Positions 1 to 11,250 of a stretch of DNA of 37,079 nt are shown piece by piece. The notes beneath the pieces were generated by a model that saw only the letters and a program-made list of their open reading frames with translations, ran no database searches and had not been told where the DNA came from. Source of the stretch: Phoronis australis (taxonomy: Eukaryota; Animalia; Phoronida); the NCBI GenBank assembly GCA_002633005.1, contig NMRA01000553.1:20453-57531 (forward strand), written 5' to 3'. Each line of letters begins with the position of its first letter. The first letter of the stretch is position 1. The position numbers were made by a program, and so were the translations under genes.

Positions 1-328
1 CCCCCCCAGCACTACTTAATCCAATCCACCATACTAACCCCACCACCCCATCACCACCAATTCCACTATTCCATAAAAGCCCCCCCCCTGACAGTTAACA
101 TCAACTCCTCAAATGCACACCTAATAGACACATCAGTGTACAAAGGAACTCAGTGGTGTTACTTTTTATTTATTGTCTGAAATGATACATTATATTCCCA
201 AGATAAAATCGAAAGCAAAGTTGACATGATAACTACAAATTCTGTTTCATCATTTTCTAGGTTAACACAAACGTAACAAGACTGAGTCAAACAGAAATTA
301 AATAATAATTTTGAACAATGCTGTGTCT

Positions 329-569
329 AAAAAATTAATTGCAGGCGGTCTTATACATGTTATACCAGACGTGCGAAAGCCGCGTATATGGGCCCACTGC
401 ACTGATCACCTGGAACCATTTTTATGATTTGTTAATATATGGTTAAAACTGAGCTGAGGAGATAGAAACCTGACTCAAGGGTTTAGCAGTGTGACCCAGT
501 GGGACTCGAACCCATGACCTCCAGTAAAGAAAGTGGGTACCTATCACACCAGGCCACACTGCCTCCCCC
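329..569 (-). mobile_element. tRNA-derived SINE
   Basis: The minus strand begins GGGGAGGCAGTGTGGCCTGGTG (A-box-like) and contains GGTTCGAGTCCC (B box), followed by a non-tRNA body and a T-rich end. Its 3' ~85 nt recur at 11167-11250. Confidence 0.8.
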
Positions 570-1661
570 TGTTGTGTTCAGCCACAGTAAAAAAATTACT
601 CAACACTAGTGCTTTGACAACGATGTTGAAATCGCTTTATCAACACTAAACAAACATTTCGCAACAGCTTCCTAAAGGCAAACCTACAAACATTGCTAAT
701 GACCTATTTAGACTGTTAGCCAACATCTGAGGCAGACAAACAGTTGCTCAATCTGTTTAATGCAACAACCAGGCTATGTTTTCAAACAGAGCCATTGGAA
801 ATGCACTATTACATGTTGTAAACGGATAGTGACCGCTATTACAATGGAGTCTAGGCGCTGTGAATTTGCAATAACCATGAACACCTTCATTTGAAAGCCA
901 CTGATGACTGAAAGGTTGCGGCAATCAAATATTTACCCTAGAAACAAGCGTCACAATGAATCTACAATATTGATCGTGGTAATGAAAAGAAATTGCATTT
1001 CGTGAGTGGTGAAAGCAATTTTCATAGATGGTTATGTTGGATTCCAGCCAAATACTAAATGCATTTTGGGAGGAGCATGAAAATAAGTGGACCTTTATCA
1101 ACAAGATAAGCATCAATTACTAACACAAAATATTAGGACCTTAGAAAAATATCCAAATTATTTGAGCTAAATTCGGAACATTGTAGATGCAGACAAAACT
1201 TTGCGATATAATGTTTTATGCACTGTTTTCCAACAGATTGCTAGAAAAATTTGTTTTTAAAATGACTATTCCATGAGAGGCAATAAAAAAATAGGACATT
1301 TGTAATTTCCGTGAAAAAAATCTTAACTTCTGCATAAAACAGAAATGAAATGACACTATACAGATAACTGAGATATCATCTTGAAGTCTTGCAAATAAAA
1401 TTTGGTCCTTTATTCCTAGTGTTGTTTAGCTATTAAAATGTAACTTTTTTTACTACATTTTACTAAGACATGGTCACATGACGCAATTGGTATAGAGTCT
1501 AACTGAACCCAACTCTACAGCCATTCTACATTACGAAAATATCCAAATCTAGTAGAAAATAAATTCGATACTAAAAGAGACCATCCAGACCCTCTAAAGG
1601 ATACACTTGTTTGTCGAAAAGTAGAATAAATATACGTACTAAATAAAACAAAAAATGGATC

Positions 1662-1885
1662 ACAGCTTTTAACATCTAGAGGAACTAGAAGGACATTTTG
1701 GGTAGATCAGTTATGTTATTAATTATATTAAGAAAATGATTTGTATATTTAACATATGAAGAAAGGGTGAGGACAAATTGTTGAACATGGTACTCAGCAA
1801 ACTGAGAAATTTTTCAGTAGGGCAGTAGTTGCAGGCTGTAATCGGGCGTCCAGGATCACCTTCTTTGTGGATTTTAGGAAGGATC
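1662..1885 (-). mobile_element. Penelope-like retroelement reverse transcriptase fragment (frameshifted)
   Basis: Minus-strand translation across two frameshifts gives ILPKIHKEGDPGRPITACNYCPTEK / FAEYHVQQFVLTLSSYVKYTNHFLNNINNITDLPK / VLLVPLDVKS. This matches the Penelope RT motifs LPKIHK..GRPI..PTE, SYIKDTNHFL and LVTLDVKSLY. Confidence 0.88.
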
Positions 1886-2521
1886 CATTTTAATTGTTTT
1901 ACTTACGTGAAAATATCCATTAATTTCACTGAGTAAAAATCAATAGGTTACAGACTGATCGATCAGTTATTACATTGTTAACCTCAAACTGATTTAAAGG
2001 TTCTTTAACAAGTTGTAAATCAATACTAAGGGCCACTGATGTAGCAATATCTCGGTATCATTTACCGACAGCTGAAATGACAGCTGAAACCATATTCCAA
2101 CAAATAACTATAGGCGCCAACAATAGTGATGGCAGTGCAATTCTGAAAACAGTTTCACGCATCAGTCCAACAACTTAATAGCCGCGTTGGTGACACAAAC
2201 TGGGTTGATGCGAAAGTTTTGGTTATAGAGATCTGTTTTGGTCTGGCCTTGGTATAGAATCTGACCCAGTGACTCACCTAGTGGCCGTCATTGGGGCAAC
2301 CAGTTCTGAACACAATGGTTTGGACTGCACAGCCAAGAGAGGAAAAAGACGGCCTCTTTCAAGGCAAACTCGACCAAACGACCACTAATCGAAGACTTTT
2401 AAGACTTCAGTGAAACCAATGATTCATAGTTTGATAAATATTCAGACATAAATAAAGGCAACAGACCATAAATGTCATACTGATCAGCAAATGACTAAGG
2501 CAGCTATATTTTCGGGGGGGG

Positions 2522-2532
2522 NNNNNNNNNNN
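2522..2532. other. Assembly gap next to a poly-G run
   Basis: Run of N bases. Confidence 0.95.
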
Positions 2533-3696
2533 GGGTACCTCCTTGTCCTATGACATCAGGGTGACCTCATACCGATCCTTCGCATATAGCGAGTGTCACT
2601 AAATAAGTCCCTACAGTCCTGAATGCAAGCAATGGACGTTCTCTGCGCGGTAAGACAAAAAGGCACGATTGGCAACACTATTTTGTTGAAGCCAGTTGGC
2701 TGAAGATAACAGTTACTGAATGTTTGTTTTTACCATTTTTGACTGGTCTGGAATTGTTTGGAACTGAAACTAAATATAATTTTGTGACTTTACACTAAGT
2801 TATTGATTTTTCCACAAGTATGTTGAGGTCGCTGCAATTCCATTTTCTGGCCACACCAGTAATGATGTTTTTACCCAATTGTTGTTGGAGCCTGCAAGAA
2901 TGCAAATCTTTGGGGAATTTTTGTTCCCCGACCAAAGATCGAGATTATTTTCGATGCATAACATCCAAAAATGCAGTTGAATTGGAATTTTAAGTCTTAC
3001 TCGCCAAACTCAGCTCAAACCAATCACAGTGAGTCATTGACAATTTTTAGGTTCCAAACTTTATGCAGCACGTTCCTAAAATTATGTCATGCCATGTTCA
3101 CCAAAGAGTGTCAATTAAAAAATATTTGACTGTATACTAAGGTTACACAGGGCTTGGAATGACCAATGACAGAAAAGAGGAAGTTTTCCAGGTGATGTAT
3201 CGTTCCACAAATAAATAGGCGGGTGTAATGGAAATATTCTGTGCTGTAAAATTTAACTGAAATGAATGTTTTTGCATGAATAAAGTCTAAGTAATGATAA
3301 CAAAGAGGAATCTGGAAATCCAATAAGAGGAAAGGGAAACCAAAAAAGAGGAAAATTACAAGCCCTAGTTACATTCGCTACCAGAATTACAATCGTCATT
3401 GAGTTTTTTGGCCTTTCAAAATGGATGGTTTAAGATAGCAAGAGGCTCTGTAGTCAAAAACAGCAGATGTTCAAAAGTCAATGGATTATTCCTAGAAAGA
3501 AAGGAACCAACATGATTACCTCCCATGCAAACATATCACAAAAAATACGAAGTTCTAACTTTTAGTTATACGCAACTCATGCCAACATGAAGGCACGCCC
3601 GCATACACTTAGGGTACAGTAATGGTATTTCATATTCACATACGCAACACAGCTTACAATATGAGAACACTACATAATCCAGCAATGACAACTTAC

Positions 3697-3779
3697 CTCT
3701 TGAGGGGGCACATCAAATGTCACGGTCCTCAGGTCGACTTTTGTGTAAGATTGTATGCACGGTAGGACAAAGAAGATAC
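3697..3779 (-). CDS. STOM: Stomatin/band-7 family gene, exon 4 equivalent (GIFFVLPCIQSYTKVDLRTVTFDVPPQE; SPFH domain)
   Basis: Acceptor TTATAG and donor GAG|GTAAGT; 83 nt, phase 1 to phase 0. The translation matches the stomatin SPFH motif GxFFILPC...KVDLRTxxFDVPPQE. Confidence 0.95.
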
Positions 3780-3998
3780 CTATAATGTATTACAAGTGGT
3801 GTGAGTGCATATGGCGACCAAACATGGCACTACAATTCTTTACTATGAGGCACAACATGGCAGACAATGTATTATAACTCAAAACAATTTAACAGTTTTA
3901 ATAAAATTAAGAATGGCAGTAATGTATTTGAAAAATGAACTTGAAAAATGACAAATGACAATTTTATCAATGACCGCTATGTTCCCTAAAAGCACTCT

Positions 3999-4110
3999 TG
4001 GGTTATAGTCACTTAAGGTGTTCCGCATTTTGAGAACCAGTTTCTCCACCGAATAACAGGCATCAAACTGGTTCTCAATATCGGAGACCCCTGCAAGTGA
4101 CTATTTCCCA
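3999..4110. repeat. Imperfect palindrome/hairpin (MITE-like)
   Basis: Arms tgggttatagtcactt...ttgagaaccagttt and aaactggttctcaa...aagtgactatttccca are reverse complements around a ~21-nt loop. Confidence 0.8.
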
Positions 4111-4799
4111 CGTTGGCAGTCTGCTGGACAAATTCTTGAGCACATCACTTTGGACAACAGGACATTCAAACAAAAGAGACAATTCAACACAAATGAAATT
4201 TCATGTCAAAATAAATTTAACTACCCTTTATCTCCTGTGTCTTTCATGCAATATTTCTCAAAGCATTTCATAAAGTGATCAATACGCTGTATTTCCAACA
4301 TACTTTATGATTTGATTCAACTAAAGCTGGTGGAAAATAACAGCTGGTCTTTGCTTAGTGAATTTTGCCTCTGGATCAGAATACAAGCTACTTAAAGCCT
4401 AGTCCTTAAAGCTAGAGACAGAGAGGCATTAAGCGACAATCCAGTACCTTGTTTCTAAATCCCTATTCAAGTCCCTCTTTTTCACGAGAGTGGGTATTAA
4501 CTCCTAAACTTAGGGCCGTCTCTAAATTTATGGAAACACAAGTCTCGTCAAAGAGGGGGGGGTTCAGTTTGTGAATAAAGAGCCATTAAACGTGCGTTTT
4601 CTGTCAAAAAAGAAGTTTAGATTAAGGAGACTTATCGTTATTAAAATTGGTCTTATGCTGTCCTATGTTGGTTTAGAGCTCAGGAAGAACTGACAGCTCG
4701 TCTTTTTTTTTCAGACCAAGAATATTAAATTTTATGAGGTTGGTATGAAGAGGCAACAATCTAATAGTTCTTACGAAGCCCCCGACATCATCTCCAATT

Positions 4800-5420
4800 T
4801 GACTAAGGAACAATATGAGACCANTCTGTGATGTAGTAGGTGAAGATGCTCTTTCTCGGCAGACAACAATCGCGCTGGCTGGGGCTACTACATCTGCTCA
4901 GGCAATAAACAGCACCGTTGTGGAAGGATCTGGATGCCACAGCACATACACCAGCAGCACTCCCATGGCTTTTGAATCCTTGCAACGAGTTCTCGTCAGG
5001 CTCTCTGAGCTGGGCATTGTCAACCTCGCAACAGACTCTATGACTGTCCTGACTAAGATATGCCCTGGCAAGCTGCTATCTTACTGGCCCATTTTCCATG
5101 CCAACCATCCATCTAAGGCTGTGGTATGTACCTATGTGCCTTGTCATGCCGGCATCCAAGTGAACGAAAGAGCGGAAGACCTGGCTGGGGCATCTAACGA
5201 CACCAGTCCTCTCAATCTACGTCTCCGGACATCAAGCTTTTGGCTAGGCACTCTTTCACAGAGATAGTGTACCTATGGTGACGGGACCCGCATCGTAAAC
5301 TCTGGAACTTTATTTGCGAAGCATGGGTGCCGACTTTTGCAACGTTCAAAGATTGTGTGCTCAAGCGCAGGATCAAGCAAGAACTCCAGGCCAATACAAA
5401 TATCTAACTATAGGTCTAAC
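4800..5420 (+). mobile_element. Degenerate non-LTR retrotransposon 3' fragment with RNase H domain (I-group-like)
   Basis: ORF 4815-5267 contains TSS..MAFE, ATDS and YVPCHAGIQVNERAEDLA, matching the RNase HI motifs xTDS and WVPGHAGIxGNExAD.LA, with substitutions at conserved residues. Boundaries are approximate. Confidence 0.8.
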
Positions 5421-5913
5421 TTACCAGCTCACTACAAAGGTTAAAAGCTCCACAGCATTTTCAAAAGGAAAAGCTAAAATTACCCATTATCCATTTTATC
5501 AAGGCCTTGGAAAATCATAATCATCTTTGTACAGAAGTATTACTGCAGCATTGATCTGGTAGGAATTTTTAACTTTGTCTGAATCGCTTGTTTGCCGTTC
5601 TATGTCGTAAAAAATGTGTGATGTTTCACCATACTTATTGAGATGTCTCACGAGGACACTGTCCTGGATTTACGATAGTCTGCTCAATTCTAAGTAATGA
5701 AAGTTTCGCAATTTATCATCACAATTTTCCACAATGACAGGTATAAATTTCATTTTCTTACTCCAAATTTGGACTACAGGTGAAAGGATGCTCTTAAATG
5801 GTGAAGGATTGGAGGTTTCTAATTTAAATTTCGCACGACTGCACTGAGTGTTTTGACAGCGAGGTTCCCAACTGTAAAACTGATGATCCTTACTGCTGCA
5901 ATTGTCCAAATAA

Positions 5914-6328
5914 AGTGCAGTCCACACATAGACTTACCCTAGAACCAGTTACTCCAGGAACGAAGTGTCGCTAGGTTTGAGTGCTGTCTGGACGCCATTT
6001 AAATTAGTGTAACTAACACCTCATTTGTGACAACTTACTCCACATTATCGAGGTGGGGTAGCTTGTTCCAGGGTAACTTGTACCACTTGTAATCACTGTG
6101 TGGCCGCACAAGTGGGGTAGGGCTGAAGTAATTATCAGCTGCCGATAATATAGACACTCAGGTTTTCCTTTGCGTGCCATACTCGTATTAGGCGTTCATT
6201 GTTGACCACGCACAGAGCAACAACTTCGGCCTTACCCCAGTTATAATGTGTGTGGACGCTCCACTTATAAGTGAGGTAAGTTGCACTAATGCAAGTTGTT
6301 CTAGGGTAGGCTGTGTGTGGGCGGGACT
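5914..6328. mobile_element. MITE, probably PIF/Harbinger (Tourist-like)
   Basis: ~35-bp imperfect terminal inverted repeats (agtgcagtccacacatagacttaccctagaac / gttctagggtaggctgtgtgtgggcgggact) flanked by TAA and TTA, with internal cttacc/ggtaag subrepeats. Confidence 0.75.
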
Positions 6329-6856
6329 TTAGAATAATAATCATATTTTAGATAATCTTTTTGTATCCATCTTTGAACAGACTTCTTTGATTAGACTTAG
6401 TTACCAAGAAACCAGTGTCATACCAGAGACATTCAATCAATGATTAATATTTACTGGTAGGCATGGTAACAGACAGTAACTAAGTGTTAAGTAAATGAAT
6501 GTTAAGGGCACTTTTGACAAACCACTCAACCTAATGCAATGAATGTTAATAATACATCACCTCCACTCACCCTACCAAAATTCTTGGAATATACATCCAT
6601 TTCTATAATAGCCGACTCAAAAAGTGACCCTTACCTGACACAATAAGTAACCCCATACCTTACAAAAAATGCCCATAAAACTGACAAACGAGCAAATGCG
6701 ATACCCAATTGAAACAAACGCTGAGAAAACAACTCCCTATCCAAAGCAATCAAAAGTCAACCAACACCATCAGACATGACAAAAATAAGATTCAAATGAC
6801 TACCTGAGAAATAGACCCATTTTTAAATCAAAATCATTGAGAACCACTACCCAATA

Positions 6857-7040
6857 AATGAAAACCTTATCCATTTCAATACCACAATCAATGAAAATCC
6901 CATCCTTTTCAATACTAAAATTACTGTAATGAAAAGCCTTCCCATTTCAATGACAACATCAATAAAACCCTATCCTTTTCAATACCAAAATCGATGAAAA
7001 CCCTACCCATTTCGATACCAAATTCGGTGAAAACTCCCAA
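6857..7040. repeat. Minisatellite, ~33-bp unit, about 5-6 diverged copies
   Basis: Repeating aatgaaaaccctatcc(a/t)tttcaataccaaaatc units read directly. Confidence 0.85.
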
Positions 7041-7281
7041 ATCAGCTGCACCCATATACCCCAGGAGATGAACTCCCAGAACATGTTTTTATTTAGTTTT
7101 CAGATGTCAGTGGAAATTAATCCCGGAGATAGGCAAGTCGACGCTTTCAACGGACCATTTTTATCAAGTGAGGTTGGATCTGGCCAACCTGTGCAGTTAG
7201 TATGCCTTTGAAACTGGTTATTCCTTTTTACATGTAATTATTGAGTAACTCCGTCACAGTAGCCATGCCTGCTTCACTCAC

Positions 7282-7388
7282 CTTCATACAGTAACAGATA
7301 GAGAAAGGAAAGGTGAAGAAAACCAGGACGATGGAGAAAAAACCTAGCACGTAACCACAGCAACCGATTCCAGAGTCTGTACCTTGAG
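7282..7388 (-). CDS. STOM: Stomatin/band-7 family gene, exon 2 (QGTDSGIGCCGYVLGFFSIVLVFFTFPFSICYCMK; intramembrane hairpin)
   Basis: Pyrimidine-rich acceptor TTTCCCTGTTTCAG and donor AAG|GTGAGT; 107 nt, phase 1 to phase 0. The translation has the stomatin hydrophobic hairpin with a preceding Cys (palmitoylation-type), the conserved FTFP proline and a CxK end, as in stomatin/MEC-2. Confidence 0.92.
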
Positions 7389-7582
7389 CTGAAACAGGGA
7401 AATTGTACAAAATTATCCCTTGCTCCTCCCACATGACTAACACTCAACACGTTATAGAAGATTTTCTTGGATGCTGTAATGTAATGAGGCTATGCACTAC
7501 CCATCTCATCGAGGGTTTCACAAGTTAACAGTGCATTCAAACCTATCACTCTTGGTCTATCCCCAGGGGATATTCATACCTC

Positions 7583-8347
7583 TGTTGTAGTTAAAAGTCG
7601 CAGGGGGTAGTTAATCGATGAAGAGTGGAATTTATACAAGCATTTCCCAGGGTACAGCTAATCCAGGGAGAGTGCATGCAGACATATCTTTGCCTTGACA
7701 GACACCTTTAAGTACCTACAGGTGTACCTCTGTTGTTGAGTTCTGCTGGAATTTCCCAGGAGGTAGTTAATCGAGGAAGAGTACTGGTTATGCAAGAATT
7801 TTCTAGGGGTTAGTTTACTAGCTCTCATAGGGAGAGGCACGTTTTGAGGTGGGTCCATCACGTGATGCCTCCAAGAGTATCTTTTAAGGCACTGGCTCCT
7901 AGAGACCACGGCAGACTAGACTAAACTACAATTGATGAGAACACGGTTGGAACTGCACAAAAGAAAGTCGAATCATCAGAAGACGATATAAACTTTGAAC
8001 AGAAGAAAGTGCGTACAGTTTGAGGTATAGACACTTTAACACGGCATTGGTCTCAGCCTGTTAGTCAATCTAAACCAGTATGGAGATTGTTCTAGAGGGA
8101 TAGTTCTATTGTGACTTGTATTGTGTTAACGTGTGCGGTAGCTAGGGGTGACAAGTGGCACTGTAGATTAGTAGTCTCACCAGTAGAGATATCTTGTCTC
8201 AATCAGTTAGTCATCAGTCTCACAAATTATTGCAATCTATTGTTTGTAATTCACAACGCTGCAAATTAATAGACGTATTTTATTGGTTGAGGTATTCGTG
8301 TGTTGTTTTATTTACTACCACGTGCGTGCCGTCTGTCGGCCGTAACA
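7583..8347 (+). mobile_element. Candidate solo LTR
   Basis: Begins TGTTGTAG and ends GGCCGTAACA. Contains an internal ~85-bp diverged direct repeat (about 7576-7660 and 7724-7820) and a GT/T-rich U5-like end. No clean TSD seen. Confidence 0.4.
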
Positions 8348-8984
8348 CACCTTGATATACCACAACGCACTAACTGTTGTAGACTACAACGTATAGTATA
8401 CGACCCAAGCATCAAATATCTGAAACAAATTTTTCAAAAAAAATCTGTTTCACATATAGGAGCATGTCAGCTCTGCTTATTATAGGTCCTAGTGCATGAA
8501 TAGGTCATAAGTGCTGTTTAAACTACAAGATGTTACCTTACAGGAAGCTGCTTCTGCAGCTGTGGCTAGTTAGTATGGACATATTTTGTTGCATAATTTA
8601 ATCTAACCTGATCTCAGACTTCTTTTTGAGAAACAGAGCACTAATCCAATCAGTAAAAGCTTCCATGAAAAGAATCCAACAGATTGGGCTACTCGAGGGG
8701 GGCAACTCTACCAAGGGGGGGGCATCTCTACCGGTTTGCGGCACTACAGAATTTGCTAGATCAGATCAAAGACTCATGCTGTTGTGGTTAATGAAATGAC
8801 CTTGAGCTACTGAGCGTATCTTCCTCCAGATAATGAAATCATCTTAAAACACATTAGGGGCAACAGTAATATTTTTAAATTTTCAATTTGAAAGTTTGTA
8901 AATAGCATATTTGAATAGCTCGTGAATGGAATGTGACTTTTACAACCTAAAATGGTTGTTCAATGCTGCAACACTGTTCCTGAC

Positions 8985-9790
8985 ATTAAAAGCGAAGGCA
9001 ACCTTTTTCATGTCATTTTTAGCAAAAATAAGATTCGTTGATTATCCCAGACATATTTTTCACTTGATTAAAGCTTTTTGTAATTTAATTAATTATTCAT
9101 TCTCTACTCCAGAAATGACGTTGTGAGAGGAAAGAATTTCCCGACAATTTCTTTTCATACAGTCTGACTGTGAGAGCTGTCGAGTCTGTCATTGATCTAC
9201 CTCGGTTGTGATAAGTTCGGTTGTCGTTTGCTTTTGTTTACGAGTCAGTCAACACGTCAAACTGTTGCTGCATACCGGTATGTACTCGTTATCGCCTGGA
9301 GCTTGTAAGCAGCCCTACTGCGATGTTGAGTAATGAGAGTGAATACAGGCCCATGCAGTTCAACACCCAGTGAAGAGGACAGTTCGTCATTCAATGAACA
9401 TATCAGTGAGCCAAACCTTGATAAGTTTACTGTGGACTTGTCTAAGTATTGGAGCTATTTAGAAGGTGCCAGGTGTGTGGCAAGGGAGTCACATGGCGGA
9501 ATGTAAGCAGTTTGTGTGCTCAGGTCACTATCCAGTGGGAGTGTGTCGCGGGACACTCGGGCAAGTGGGACAGTTGTTCCTCTGTACATGAGACGATAAT
9601 GAGTACATCCCGGTATGCAGTAGGCTAACAACGTGACTCGTAAACAAAAGCAAATGACGACCAAACTTTAAACAACCCAGATAGAACAATGACTGACTCG
9701 GCAGCTCGTACAAAATAGCCGACTGAACATGCCCTTCAGTTCAGCATCAGTCGCCATGTTGTCGGTGCCACCAGAAATGAGACTAAGTCC
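8985..9790 (+). mobile_element. Non-autonomous DNA transposon carrying a Kolobok-like transposase N-terminal fragment
   Basis: 9423-9575 translates with one frameshift as KFTVDLSK/LLELFRRCQVCGKGVTWRNVSSLCAQVTIQWECVAGHSGKWDS, a CxxC...CxxGH...W motif I recognise from Kolobok-type transposases. It is flanked by ~125-bp inverted arms (9170-9296 and 9594-9712), with a TTAA-AAG candidate left end near 8986. Right end not defined. Confidence 0.6.
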
Positions 9791-9990
9791 AATGGTAATT
9801 GTGAGCACTTTTATCACTCAATAAGTAACATCTGATTGGCTGAAATCCAATGAAAACGATTGAATCGCTCTGAATAGTAGGTCACGGTCACGTTCCTGGT
9901 TCCTGATGTGACGCCGGTGTTTCCGAAGACAGCCGAAGTTGAAAATCTTCTGTTCTTAAAATTCTGAATTCCAACCGGGGGGGGGGGGGG

Positions 9991-10002
9991 NNNNNNNNNN
10001 NN
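9991..10002. other. Assembly gap next to a poly-G run
   Basis: Run of N bases. Confidence 0.95.
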
Positions 10003-10409
10003 AAACAAAATTGAAGACAAGAGGATCTAATGATATTGCCTATTGGTGGTTTTCTCACACTGGCGGCACCATTTTGGAACATTAAGTGCATCAGTCTACA
10101 GATACTAGTGCTGTTCCCATGTCAAAACAGGCTGAAATATTCGCAATATTTTTTCAGCCATTTTCTGACTACAAAATTTTTTCACAGAGGGCACAAATTT
10201 GCCGAGATCCTAAGTTCCATTAAAGTAACATTGCCGTGCATTTCCTGCAAAGTTTCTGCAATTCTGAAAGATGCAAGAATACTACTAGTGTAGTTAAAAT
10301 AAGCACCGCTGTCTTCACAGGAAGTGTCCTCCACTCTTGACACGAGCACTCAAATCCTAACTGAATCCTATTGATCTATTTTCACTTGTCATAAATTCTC
10401 ATCTTACAT

Positions 10410-11135
10410 TCGTAATACTGATAAACGCCTTACGTGAAAGTGATATACTTAAGTCGCTTTTTGATCCCGAAAAGTACCCTGAGCGCTGTTTTGGAAACAA
10501 GGATTTCTTTGAATCACTTTTTGTTCTCGTAAAAGCACCCATGGGCGCTCTTTCTTACTTCTTTCTAGAAGAGCGACCATGGGTGATTTGTGGTGATGGG
10601 CACTTTATCCGTAGACGCTGATGAGAGTGTGTCGCGAGTGTTGCATTCTTAAGTGACTGATTTCTTTGTTGAAAAGTGGGAGAATGGTGCAATAAATGAC
10701 GTTTATTTGATTGTGTATCCTTTAAGCGTTCTTAACGCGTGGCAAATGCAAGAGTTACAAAAACTTTTGGATCGGGCGTTCTTCTATGGTATAAGTTTGA
10801 TGTCGGACTGAACAAGCATCGGTTTCAAAAGTGATTTCTAGCTTTACAGCTCAAACTTCTATACAACTGGATGGCTTTTTGGATACATGCTTGCAGCCTT
10901 GGATTTACTATTCTTCAACTGAAAACGAGAAATGAACGAAGGAACAAAGATCACGGTGCTGGTAGGCCTATCAGCAAGCACCATTACTTTTCAGAGAACT
11001 TAATGACAGTTTTCCCTTGTTTGTTGTTAGTAAGATCACTTAAAAATAAAAAAATTACCAAAAGCACGGCCATAACATAAGGATTTAGCAATACGGTATA
11101 CACAATTATACATTGGAAAATTGTTTTTGACGCAC
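10410..11135 (+). repeat. Dispersed repeat, copy 1 (old non-autonomous DNA transposon)
   Basis: Collinear similarity with 23484-24180 (e.g. cacccatgg, tttgtggtgatgg, tttggatacatgcttgc..tggattta.tattct, accaaaagcac). Confidence 0.7.
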
Positions 11136-11166
11136 TAATTTAATGAATGAGCTTCATTAGGTACTA

Positions 11167-11250
11167 AAAAAAATAACTGCAGACCGTCTGATACATGTTG
11201 CACCAGACGTGCGCAGGCCTCGCAATTGTGGGCCCATTGCACTGATCTCG
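11167..11250 (-). mobile_element. 5'-truncated copy of the same SINE (or partner LINE tail) with 10-bp target-site duplication
   Basis: Clear similarity to 331-410 (tgcag..cgtct.atacatgtt..accagacgtgcg...tgggccca.tgcactgatc). Flanked by the direct repeat TTAGGTACTA at 11157-11166 and 11251-11260. Confidence 0.8.

Noticed and set aside
490-569. Possible functional tRNA gene
   Set aside because: A and B boxes are present, but no proper cloverleaf/acceptor stem could be drawn and it runs into a repeated SINE body.
5938-5998. Minus-strand ATG plus GTAAG donor as a substitute stomatin exon
   Set aside because: It has an in-frame TAG, no similarity to the SPFH exon 3 motif, and lies within a MITE terminus.
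6857-7040. CRISPR-like repeat array
   Set aside because: Units are contiguous with no unique spacers, in a eukaryotic intron; it is a minisatellite.
8170-8225. Minus-strand CTGATGA...GAGAC hammerhead-like motif
   Set aside because: The core is mutated and stems II and III do not form convincingly.
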